A DNA stretch of 53,788 nt from Minisyncoccota bacterium (lineage in GTDB: Bacteria > Patescibacteriota > Minisyncoccia > Phycocordibacterales > XYD1-FULL-46-19): contig JBAZRF010000006.1 of the NCBI GenBank assembly GCA_041663165.1, forward strand, positions 1-53,788, written 5' to 3'. The notes under the pieces were generated by a model that did not search any database, was not told the DNA's origin, and saw only the letters and a program-made list of their open reading frames with translations. Positions 8,753 to 17,908 of this stretch are shown here, piece after piece (within the stretch, counting starts at the first letter, position 1; each line of letters opens with the position of its first letter). Both the position numbers and the translations under genes were made by a program.

Positions 8753-10060
8753 ATGACAAAGATCCGGTTTTGGGCCATTATCCTGCTCCTGGCGGGAATT
8801 TTAATTGGCTATTTCAATTATTACTCACAAGTTAACCCACAATGGAGTTTTTATAAACCCTTTAAATTAGGCCTTGACCTCTCAGGCGGTAGCCGCTTAA
8901 CCTATGAGGCCGATGTCTCGCGCTTAAATCCGGCCGATGTCCAAGATGCCATGTCCTCTTTGCGCGAGGTCATTGATCGTCGCGTTAATGTCTTTGGCGT
9001 ATCAGAGCCAATTGTCCAGACCGAGAGTTCCTCTCTTTCTGGCACAACTTATAATCGCCTAATCGTTGAATTGCCCGGCGTGACCGATATTAAAGAGGCT
9101 ACCAAAATGATCGCCGCCACCCCGCAATTGGAATTTCAAGTCCTAAAGCCAGGGGTAACGGCCGAAACCGCCAGCTCAACTGATTTTATCGCGACTGGTT
9201 TAACCGGCCGATATTTGAGGAAAGCCCAAGTGACCTTTAATCAAAACTCTTTATCGCCGTCGATTTCTATCGAGTTTACTAGCGAGGGGGCGAAACTTTT
9301 TGCGGCCATTACCAAAGCTAACATTAATCGTCCGGTGGCAATTTTGCTTGATAACCAAATTATTTCAGCGCCGAATGTGCGCGAAGAAATTCGTGATGGC
9401 CGGGCCGAGATTAGTGGCCAATTTACGGTTGATGAGGCTCGCAATTTGGTGCGCGACTTAAATCTTGGCGCTTTGCCGGTTCCGATTAAGTTAGCGTCGA
9501 CCGAAATTATTGGCGCCACACTCGGTAGCGAAGCGGCGCAAAAGGGCGTTGAAGCGGGACTCATCGGGCTACTGATTGTCGCCGTCTTTATGATTCTTTG
9601 GTATCGTTTACCCGGTTTAGTCGCCGTGGTCTCACTTTCCATTTACGTGATGCTGATGCTCGCCATCTTTAAACTTTTGCCGGTTACCTTAACGGCGGCT
9701 GGCATGGCTGGCTTTATTCTCTCAATTGGCATTGCGGTTGACGCTAATGTCCTGATCTTTGAGCGCTTTCGCGAAGAACTTAAGGCGGGGAAGGGGATGC
9801 ATGAGGCCGCCAAAGAGGGCTTTCATCGCGCCTGGTCTTCGATTCGTGATTCGAATCTGTCGAGCGTTATTTCGGCCGCGATCCTCTTTTGGTTTGGCAC
9901 GAGCCTAATTAAGGGTTTTGCCCTGACACTGATTTTGGGCATTATCGTGAGCATGTTTACGGCCATTGTCGTTACTCGAACCCTCCTTTTTGCTCTTGGC
10001 TTTCGTAATCAGGTCGGCATTACTAAATTCTTATTCGGCAGCGCTTTCTTCAAGCACTAA
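8753..10060 (+). CDS. secD: Protein translocase subunit SecD
   Basis: N-terminal TM helix, a periplasmic domain (LGLDLSGGSRLTYE) and a C-terminal 5-TM block. It lies directly upstream of secF. Confidence 0.92.
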   Translation: MTKIRFWAIILLLAGILIGYFNYYSQVNPQWSFYKPFKLGLDLSGGSRLTYEADVSRLNPADVQDAMSSLREVIDRRVNVFGVSEPIVQTESSSLSGTTYNRLIVELPGVTDIKEATKMIAATPQLEFQVLKPGVTAETASSTDFIATGLTGRYLRKAQVTFNQNSLSPSISIEFTSEGAKLFAAITKANINRPVAILLDNQIISAPNVREEIRDGRAEISGQFTVDEARNLVRDLNLGALPVPIKLASTEIIGATLGSEAAQKGVEAGLIGLLIVAVFMILWYRLPGLVAVVSLSIYVMLMLAIFKLLPVTLTAAGMAGFILSIGIAVDANVLIFERFREELKAGKGMHEAAKEGFHRAWSSIRDSNLSSVISAAILFWFGTSLIKGFALTLILGIIVSMFTAIVVTRTLLFALGFRNQVGITKFLFGSAFFKH

Positions 10061-10069
10061 AATAAACAT

Positions 10070-10987
10070 ATGCAAATTGTAAAATACAGACGAATTTTCT
10101 TCACCGGCTCACTGATTCTGGTTGGCATCGCCCTCTATTCCTTATTTAGTTTTAGCTTAAATCTTGGTTCAGATTTTACCGGTGGAACAATCATGGAGAT
10201 TGAATATGTTGGGGCGCGGCCAAATGTGGCTGATATCAAAACGGCGCTAGCCAGCACAAAGTTAGAAAGTCTGTCGGTTGTGCCAATGGGAGAGAAGGGT
10301 CTTATCGTCAAGGCTAAGGTAATTAGCGACGCCGAAAAGGATACCGTAAATAAAGCGCTCTCGCTTGGTGGCAAGGCGCAATTCACCGAAAAAAGATTTT
10401 CCCAAGTTGGTCCTTCGCTTGGTAAAGAATTATCTCGCAAGGGGATGATCGCCATTGTATTAGTTGTCTTGCTCATCATCATCTTTATTGCTTTTGCTTT
10501 TCGCCAAGTCTCTAAACACCACATGGCCTCATGGAAATATGGCGTGGCGGCAATTATTGCCCTAGTCCACGACATCACTATTTCAGCCGGGGCGATGGCT
10601 TTGCTGGGACATTTCTACGGCGCGGAGGCAGACGCCCTTTTCCTCACCGCTCTCTTAACTATTCTCGGCCTCTCGGTAAATGACACCATCGTTGTATTTG
10701 ATCGAATTAGAGAGAACCTAAATCGCCATGAGAGCAATGATTTTGCCGAAGTGGCGGGAATCAGTATTAACGAAACTTACATTCGTTCAATCAATACCAC
10801 TCTTACGATTATCATTACGCTGATTTGTTTGTTAATCTTTGGCCCCGAATCGACTCGTTATTTCTCGGCTGTTCTCCTCGTTGGGATGACGGTGGGAACT
10901 TATTCCTCAATCTTCGTGGCCTCTAACCTCTTGGTAGAATGGGAGACCTGGCAACGCCGTCGCTTGGCCGTTAAGGTCAAAAAATAA
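10070..10987 (+). CDS. secF: Protein translocase subunit SecF
   Basis: Contains LGSDFTGGT and the SecF TM block, including TILGLSVNDTIVVFDRIREN. Confidence 0.92.
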   Translation: MQIVKYRRIFFTGSLILVGIALYSLFSFSLNLGSDFTGGTIMEIEYVGARPNVADIKTALASTKLESLSVVPMGEKGLIVKAKVISDAEKDTVNKALSLGGKAQFTEKRFSQVGPSLGKELSRKGMIAIVLVVLLIIIFIAFAFRQVSKHHMASWKYGVAAIIALVHDITISAGAMALLGHFYGAEADALFLTALLTILGLSVNDTIVVFDRIRENLNRHESNDFAEVAGISINETYIRSINTTLTIIITLICLLIFGPESTRYFSAVLLVGMTVGTYSSIFVASNLLVEWETWQRRRLAVKVKK

Positions 10988-11002
10988 GGAGATATAAAAT
11001 AC

Positions 11003-11040
11003 AGCAGAAAATGGCCCAATTGGGCCATTTTCTGCTTTTG
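11003..11040 (+). terminator. Rho-independent terminator after secDF
   Basis: A perfect hairpin forms between AGCAGAAAATGGCCCA and TGGGCCATTTTCTGCT (11003-11036), followed by TTTT. Confidence 0.85.
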
Positions 11041-11049
11041 TGGATAACC

Positions 11050-11077
11050 TTGACGCTCTTTATTTTTCCTGTATAAT
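11050..11077 (+). promoter_or_regulatory. Sigma70-type promoter for 16S rRNA
   Basis: TTGACG (11050-11055), a 16-nt spacer, then TATAAT (11072-11077). It lies ~210 nt upstream of the mature 16S 5' end. Confidence 0.6.
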
Positions 11078-11242
11078 GGCCTAGTCACCAGTTTTTAGCT
11101 GGTGCCTATTTAGATAGTCCCTTGTCAATTTAAGCATCAAAACAAAACCCCCAATTTTACACGGTAAAATTAGGAGGGTAACCAGTGTTAACCCTATAGA
11201 GTATAGCAAGTACTCATTAGGGTAAATTAAGTAAGATGAAGA

Positions 11243-11268
11243 AAATGTTTTTTCTTCTGTCCCGTTCT
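11243..11268 (+). other. 5' strand of the pre-16S processing stem
   Basis: AAATGTTTTTTCTTCTGTCCCGTTCT is the exact reverse complement of 12899-12924. Confidence 0.8.
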
Positions 11269-11289
11269 ATTAAGCTAAATCAAATGCTT

Positions 11290-12750
<1,461 letters not shown>

Positions 12751-12898
12751 ATTACGTTCCGAGATTGCCACAAGCAATCAAGGAAAATCGGCGATATCGT
12801 CTCTGACGATAAGGTGATGATTCTATTTTCACCAATTGAATTCTTTTCGAAGGAATTCAAAGAACAATGAATTCGAGGTTTCGTCTCGTAAAACGATA

Positions 12899-12924
12899 AG
12901 AACGGGACAGAAGAAAAAACATTT
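12899..12924 (+). other. 3' strand of the pre-16S processing stem
   Basis: AGAACGGGACAGAAGAAAAAACATTT forms a perfect 26-bp complement with 11243-11268. Confidence 0.8.
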
Positions 12925-12982
12925 ACCCAGTGGAATATAGCGAAAATTCCACAGGGTGAACTTAACACTTTGATGCTTTAAG

Positions 12983-13022
12983 GCACTCAAAAGACGCCCT
13001 AAGATGGGCGTTTTTTGAGTGC
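12983..13022 (+). terminator. Terminator after the 16S transcription unit
   Basis: In GCACTCAAAAGACGCCCTAAGATGGGCGTTTTTTGAGTGC, an inner GC stem (GACGCCC/GGGCG) is followed by a T6 run. An outer stem pairs GCACTCAAAA with TTTTGAGTGC. Confidence 0.7.
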
Positions 13023-13050
13023 TTGACAAAGATCCTGTTTATGCTATAAT
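13023..13050 (+). promoter_or_regulatory. Consensus sigma70-type promoter of the PASTA-lipoprotein cassette
   Basis: TTGACA (13023-13028), a 16-nt spacer, then TATAAT (13045-13050). Confidence 0.65.
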
Positions 13051-13130
13051 GGAAGTTGGTAATAAGGAATGTTCTTCACATAATGGTTGTCGCTCATCAC
13101 GAGCGACATTACTTACAAGGAGAAGTCGAA

Positions 13131-13466
13131 ATGCGGAAGAGAGTGGCGATTGTCGTACTATCGGTGTTGGGCCTGTTCGCCCTGGTTTCTTGTTGGGTGA
13201 ACACTCCATCGCCGACTAAGGTTGTCCCGGTCGCTTTCCATGCCGTTGAGGCAAAAGCGGCGGACATCAAAGTGCCATCGTTCCTTGGGCTGAAGCCCGC
13301 TGACGCCGAACTAGTGGCCAAAGGGGCAGGTCTCGAGTTGGGTCAGAGTTTCGTCTGGACGACGCCAACCAAGAAGGAGGACGGACGAGTCATCGCTCAA
13401 ACTCCCAAAGCGGGGGAGAGGGTCGATGCCGGTTACTCCTTACAACTGGTGTACGGGAAGTACTAG
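13131..13466 (+). CDS. Small lipoprotein with a single PASTA domain (111 aa), G+C-rich
   Basis: AAGGAG (13117-13122) lies 8 nt before ATG 13131. Signal peptide with lipobox: MRKRVAIVVLSVLGLFALVSC. PASTA-like module: VPSFLGLKPADAELVAKGAGLELG...VIAQTPKAGERVDAGYSLQLVYG. The codons are GC3-rich, unlike those of neighbouring genes. Confidence 0.8.
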   Translation: MRKRVAIVVLSVLGLFALVSCWVNTPSPTKVVPVAFHAVEAKAADIKVPSFLGLKPADAELVAKGAGLELGQSFVWTTPTKKEDGRVIAQTPKAGERVDAGYSLQLVYGKY

Positions 13467-13485
13467 TCTCCAGACCTTAAGTTCA

Positions 13486-13524
13486 GCGCTCGCGCCGATG
13501 GAGATACATCGGAGCGAGCGTTTT
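13486..13524 (+). terminator. Rho-independent terminator of the PASTA cassette
   Basis: GCGCTCGCGCCGATG pairs with CATCGGAGCGAGCG across a GAGATA loop, followed by TTTT. Confidence 0.8.
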
Positions 13525-13533
13525 GTATTGAGG

Positions 13534-13562
13534 TTGAAATCGGCTCATTTTTTTGATACAGT
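13534..13562 (+). promoter_or_regulatory. Candidate promoter for the tRNA-Ile/murDC unit
   Basis: TTGAAA (13534-13539), a 17-nt spacer, then TACAGT (13557-13562). Confidence 0.45.
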
Positions 13563-13645
13563 TTAAACTGTCCACCTTCGTTCGCCGGGGCGAGCTTCGG
13601 CGGGACGCTAAATTTTTATAGTCGCTTCGCTTCGTAAAAATTTGC

Positions 13646-13719
13646 GCGAGTATAGCTCAGATGGTTAGAGCGCGTCACTGATAATGACGAGGTCCCAGGT
13701 TCGAGTCCTGGTACTCGCA
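13646..13719 (+). tRNA. tRNA-Ile (anticodon GAT)
   Basis: A cloverleaf was folded by hand. The acceptor stem pairs GCGAGTA with TACTCGC. The D arm is AGCTCAGATGGTTAGAGC. The anticodon arm is CGTCA-CTGATAA-TGACG. The T arm is CCAGGTTCGAGTCCTGG. The discriminator is A and no CCA is encoded. Confidence 0.93.
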
Positions 13720-13724
13720 CTAAA

Positions 13725-15122
13725 ATGATAAATTCTTTGAATTATAAAAACTTCTTTAAGGGCAAGAAGATCACCGTTCATGGTCTCGGACTATTGGGGC
13801 GGGGGATTGGTGATGTAATCTTTTTGGCGCAAAACGGTGCGGATTTGTTGGTAACGGATTTGAAGACCGAGGAGCAATTGGTGCCGTCACTCGCTAAAAT
13901 TAAAAAAGAATTAGGACCCACTTTATATAAAAAAATAAAATTTGTTCTCGGCGAACATCGGCTTGGAGATTTTAAAAATAAGGACTTTATCTTAAAGTCG
14001 GCTGATATTCCCCTCAATTCTATTTTTATTGACGAAGCCAGAAAGAACAAAATTTCGATCAAGATGGATGCTTCCTGGTTTGCCGAATTGGCGCCGGCGG
14101 GAGTTAAAATTATTGGCGTGACGGGAACAAGAGGTAAATCGACGACGACACACTTAATTTTTAATATTATTGAAGAAGCCCTTCAACTTCGCTCGGGGCA
14201 AAAAAACTCAAGAGTTTTTTTGGGTGGCAACGTTCGCGGTGTCGCGACTTTGCCCTTGCTTAAGAAAGTCAAAGTTGGCGATATGGTCGTGATGGAGTTA
14301 GACTCCTGGCAATTGCAAGGTTTTGGTGATGCTAAGATCAGTCCAAACATATCGGTTTTTACGAATTTAATGGTTGATCATCAAAATTATTATAAGAATG
14401 ATATGAATCTTTATTTTACTGACAAGGCTAATATCTACCGCTTCCAAAAAGAAGGAGATTATTTGGTTGCCGGGAGTGAAGTAGCCAAGAAAATAAAAAA
14501 AGAAAAATTAAAGAGTCAATTAATTATCCCCGATACCAAAGTTATCCCAAATCCGCCAGCTGGCGGATGGAAGGTTAAATTATTAGGTGAGCATAATCTG
14601 CTTAATATTGTTTATGCTGTGACCGTTGCTCGACTTTTAGACATTTCCGAGAAAGTTATCAAGAAAGCGGTAGAAAGTTACGCTGGCATACCGGGACGAC
14701 TTGAATTTATTCGTGAAGTGAAAGGTGTTAAGTATTACAACGACACGACGGCCACGACGCCTGATGGGGTCATCGCGGCCTTAAAGTCCTTAGATCAATA
14801 TGCCGGTAAAATTATCTTAATCGGTGGCGGACGCGACAAAGAGCTAGATTATAAAAAGTATGCGCCAGTCGTAAAAAAATCGGTTAAGGCTCTCGCGTTA
14901 TTTGCCGGAACAGGAACCGATAAAATCATCAAGGCATTGGATAAAACGAAATTGCCGATTCAAGTTTTTGACAACATGCCGGAGGCTTTTAAACAGGCGC
15001 AGAACCTAGCCCAAAAGGGCGATATTGTTTTGCTCTCGCCCGGCGCGACGAGCTTTGGTGTTTTTAAAAATGAGTTTGATCGGGGGGATCAATTTGTTGG
15101 TCTAGTTAAAAAATTGAAATGA
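13725..15122 (+). CDS. murD: UDP-N-acetylmuramoylalanine--D-glutamate ligase
   Basis: Contains GLGLLGRGIG and the P-loop GVTGTRGKSTTTHLI, with Mur ligase C-terminal motifs. The stop overlaps the murC start (ATGA). Confidence 0.9.
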   Translation: MINSLNYKNFFKGKKITVHGLGLLGRGIGDVIFLAQNGADLLVTDLKTEEQLVPSLAKIKKELGPTLYKKIKFVLGEHRLGDFKNKDFILKSADIPLNSIFIDEARKNKISIKMDASWFAELAPAGVKIIGVTGTRGKSTTTHLIFNIIEEALQLRSGQKNSRVFLGGNVRGVATLPLLKKVKVGDMVVMELDSWQLQGFGDAKISPNISVFTNLMVDHQNYYKNDMNLYFTDKANIYRFQKEGDYLVAGSEVAKKIKKEKLKSQLIIPDTKVIPNPPAGGWKVKLLGEHNLLNIVYAVTVARLLDISEKVIKKAVESYAGIPGRLEFIREVKGVKYYNDTTATTPDGVIAALKSLDQYAGKIILIGGGRDKELDYKKYAPVVKKSVKALALFAGTGTDKIIKALDKTKLPIQVFDNMPEAFKQAQNLAQKGDIVLLSPGATSFGVFKNEFDRGDQFVGLVKKLK

Positions 15123-16447
15123 TTGATTTAAATAATATTAAAAAAGTCCATTTCATCGGCATTGGCGGAATTGGTATTTCCGCTTTGGCTCTGCTGATGC
15201 ACAACGACGGGAAGATAATTTCTGGGACAAATGATAATCCGAGCCCTGATACTCTGAATCGGATTCGGGCGCTGGGTGTTCAAATTAATATCGGGGCTGA
15301 TCTTGCGAAGATACCGCCCGACGTTGACCTAATCGTCTATAGTCTAGCTTGGGATGATCGGGAGCCAGATTTGATGAAAGCGGTTCGGGCGCTTGGTGTG
15401 CCGGTGCTTTCTTATCCGCAAGCCCTAGGCTTAGTCTCCGTGGCCAAATACACGATTGCCATATCGGGCACCCATGGCAAGACAACAACCACGGCCATGA
15501 TTGGCGAAATGATGATCGCCGTTGGGCTTGATCCCACGGTTGTTGTCGGCAGTTTACTCAAAGATATTAAAAGTAATTTTGTTGCCGGCCAGAGTAATTA
15601 TTTTGTCGTTGAGGCTTGCGAATATCGGCGGTCATTTTTAAATCTCCGTCCTAAGATTGCCGTCATTACTAATATTGATAATGACCATCTCGATTATTAT
15701 AAAGATCTAGCAGATATTCAAAGCGCTTTTGCTGAATTTGCCGAACAAATTCCGGCTGATGGTTTTTTGATTTGCGATAAAAACGACCCCCTTCTCTTGC
15801 CGGTTTTAGAAAGAACAAAGGCGCAAATTATTGATTATAAAAAATTACCAGAAATAGATAATTTATTGGTGCCTGGTAAACATAATATTAAAGATGCCCA
15901 ATGCGCTCTCGCGGTAGCCGAAGTTCTTAAAATTGATCTAGCTAAAGCACAAAATTCGCTGAAAAAATTTACTGGCACTTGGCGGCGATTTGAGTATAAG
16001 GGTCAAACAAAAATGGGAGCGTTGGTTTATGATGACTATGCGCATCACCCCACCGAAGTTGGGGTGACGATTGAAGCGGCGCGAGAATTTATGAAAAAAA
16101 ATCCGTCGGCTGACGGATTGCCCGGCAAATTAATTGTCGCTTTTCAACCTCATCTTTATAGCCGGACAAAATTATTGAAGGAAGATTTTGCTCGTGTTTT
16201 GGCCGGGGCCAACGAAGTTATTTTAGCGCCGATTTATGCGGCTCGCGAACAGGCTGATTCGGAAATTAGTTCAGAAATTTTGGCAGAACTAATCAGATTA
16301 AAAAACCCAAATGTTTTCTCACTGCCTAATCTGATTGAAGTGGCCAAGAAACTTAAAGAAGAGGGTAAATCTGGTGATTTGGTTATAACAATGGGAGCGG
16401 GAGATATCGGGACGGTAGGGGATAAGATAATTGAGCCAGTAGCCTAA
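15119..16447 (+). CDS. murC: UDP-N-acetylmuramate--L-alanine ligase
   Basis: Contains HFIGIGGIGISALA, the P-loop ISGTHGKTTTTAMI and DDYAHHPTE. Confidence 0.9.
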   Translation: MIDLNNIKKVHFIGIGGIGISALALLMHNDGKIISGTNDNPSPDTLNRIRALGVQINIGADLAKIPPDVDLIVYSLAWDDREPDLMKAVRALGVPVLSYPQALGLVSVAKYTIAISGTHGKTTTTAMIGEMMIAVGLDPTVVVGSLLKDIKSNFVAGQSNYFVVEACEYRRSFLNLRPKIAVITNIDNDHLDYYKDLADIQSAFAEFAEQIPADGFLICDKNDPLLLPVLERTKAQIIDYKKLPEIDNLLVPGKHNIKDAQCALAVAEVLKIDLAKAQNSLKKFTGTWRRFEYKGQTKMGALVYDDYAHHPTEVGVTIEAAREFMKKNPSADGLPGKLIVAFQPHLYSRTKLLKEDFARVLAGANEVILAPIYAAREQADSEISSEILAELIRLKNPNVFSLPNLIEVAKKLKEEGKSGDLVITMGAGDIGTVGDKIIEPVA

Positions 16448-16467
16448 ATTTGCTAGAATGGCCTCGT

Positions 16468-16686
16468 ATGCGACACATTATTTGGCGCAATCGGGCTAGC
16501 GCAGTTTTGGGGCTGGTGGTAATGCTCGTTCCATTTACTGGTTTTCCTGAAGTTATTAGGGAATCATTAACCGTCCTGGCCGGGTTTCTGATTGTTATTT
16601 TTGGTTTCTCCCGGGGCTACAACAATTACGCCTACTCGAACGGTGATGATAAGTCGGCAGGGGAGGCCAAAGCCGAACCTCATTAA
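16468..16686 (+). CDS. Small membrane protein (72 aa, two TM helices)
   Basis: ATG 16468 (MRHIIWRN) was chosen; the tracked ORF opens at TTG 16450. The protein has two hydrophobic helices and an acidic tail. Confidence 0.5.
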   Translation: MRHIIWRNRASAVLGLVVMLVPFTGFPEVIRESLTVLAGFLIVIFGFSRGYNNYAYSNGDDKSAGEAKAEPH

Positions 16687-16688
16687 CA

Positions 16689-17891
16689 ATGCCAGTGAAA
16701 ATATCTAGAAGAAACGGTTTAACTTTTTTAGCCGTAGTTTTAGTTGTTTTCGTAATTATTCTGATTTCTTTCTCCGCTTTTTTTTCTCTAGGGGCGACAA
16801 GTTCTCTCGATAATTCTTTGTCTCAGACGATTAGAAACTCTCCAGTCAATGACCTAACCCAGTTATCTCTCCCGCCAGTCATTGTGTCGCATCAGGCAAC
16901 TCCTAAGCCATTGCGAGCGGTCTACATGTCGAGCTGGGTAGCGGGTAACCAGGAGGCGCGAGACAAATTATTGGAACGCCTAAAAGGAACAAGTGTTAAT
17001 GCCATTGTCATTGATGTTAAAGATTCTTCCGGTAAAATTGTGGTTAAATTGGACGCGCCCGCTCTTGCTAAGTATGAATCACTGGCCAGTCAGGTGCCAG
17101 ATATTATAGAGTTTGTTAATGAGCTCCATCAAAAAAACTTTTATGTCATTGGCCATATCTCTGTTTTTGAAGATAATTATTTAACTCGGCGTCGGCCAGA
17201 TTTAGCCATTCAGCGCCTAGACAACAATCAACTTTGGGAAGATGACAAGGGTATGTCCTGGCTTGATCCGAGCTCTCAGGAGGTTTGGGATTATGCCATT
17301 GCCGTGGCTAAAGAGGCTTACGTTGCCGGTTTTGATGAATTAAATTTTGATTATGTGCGATTTCCCTCAGACGGCAAAATATCCAATATGCGTTTTCCTT
17401 ACTATGATCCAAACCAGAAAACAAAGTCGGAAGTTATCGAAGGGTTTTTCAGTTATTTGCATAATCAAGTGCAAAATATCGGCGTGCCAATTTCCGCTGA
17501 TATTTTTGGCATGGCGACAACCAACACCGATGATTTAGGCATTGGCCAGATCTTAGAAAAAATTTCTCCATACGTTGATTATATTTGTCCGATGGTCTAT
17601 CCCTCAAGTTACCCGTTAAATTTTCGAGGAATTAAGCGCCCGGCGCTTGCTCCTTATCAAATCATAAAATTGTCTCTTGATTCAGCGGTCAAGAGATTAA
17701 CTATTCAGGGGCTGCCCGTCGAAAAACTTCGACCGTGGCTTCAGGATTTTAACTTGGGCGCGGTTTACACGGCGAGCATGATTAAATCCGAAATTAAAGC
17801 CGTTAATGACTCGGGTCTGGATTCTTGGATGATGTGGGATTCGTCTAATAAATATACAATTAATGCCTATAGAAAAACGGATGCCAATTAG
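16689..17891 (+). CDS. Putative TIM-barrel glycoside hydrolase-like protein (COG1306/DUF4015-like), membrane-anchored
   Basis: N-terminal TM helix. The strings RAVYMSSW, NAIVIDVKDSSGKI and FDELNFDYVRFPSDG recall the COG1306 family. Assignment is from memory of the family, not from a search. Confidence 0.6.
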   Translation: MPVKISRRNGLTFLAVVLVVFVIILISFSAFFSLGATSSLDNSLSQTIRNSPVNDLTQLSLPPVIVSHQATPKPLRAVYMSSWVAGNQEARDKLLERLKGTSVNAIVIDVKDSSGKIVVKLDAPALAKYESLASQVPDIIEFVNELHQKNFYVIGHISVFEDNYLTRRRPDLAIQRLDNNQLWEDDKGMSWLDPSSQEVWDYAIAVAKEAYVAGFDELNFDYVRFPSDGKISNMRFPYYDPNQKTKSEVIEGFFSYLHNQVQNIGVPISADIFGMATTNTDDLGIGQILEKISPYVDYICPMVYPSSYPLNFRGIKRPALAPYQIIKLSLDSAVKRLTIQGLPVEKLRPWLQDFNLGAVYTASMIKSEIKAVNDSGLDSWMMWDSSNKYTINAYRKTDAN

Positions 17892-17908
17892 TTATAATAG
17901 GAGGGAAT

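Noticed and set aside
13023-13719. Integrative mobile element at tRNA-Ile
   Set aside because: The G+C-rich cassette lies 5' of the tRNA, whereas integrases usually target the 3' end. No integrase is present, and I noticed no direct repeat of the tRNA end.
17893-17908. AGGAGGG before ATG 17909 as evidence for normal SD use
   Set aside because: Among the native genes whose upstream sequence I read, only one other weak SD-like match turned up (AAGAGG before 26904). The 16S tail has no CCUCC to pair with either, so these are treated as coincidence pending genome-wide statistics.
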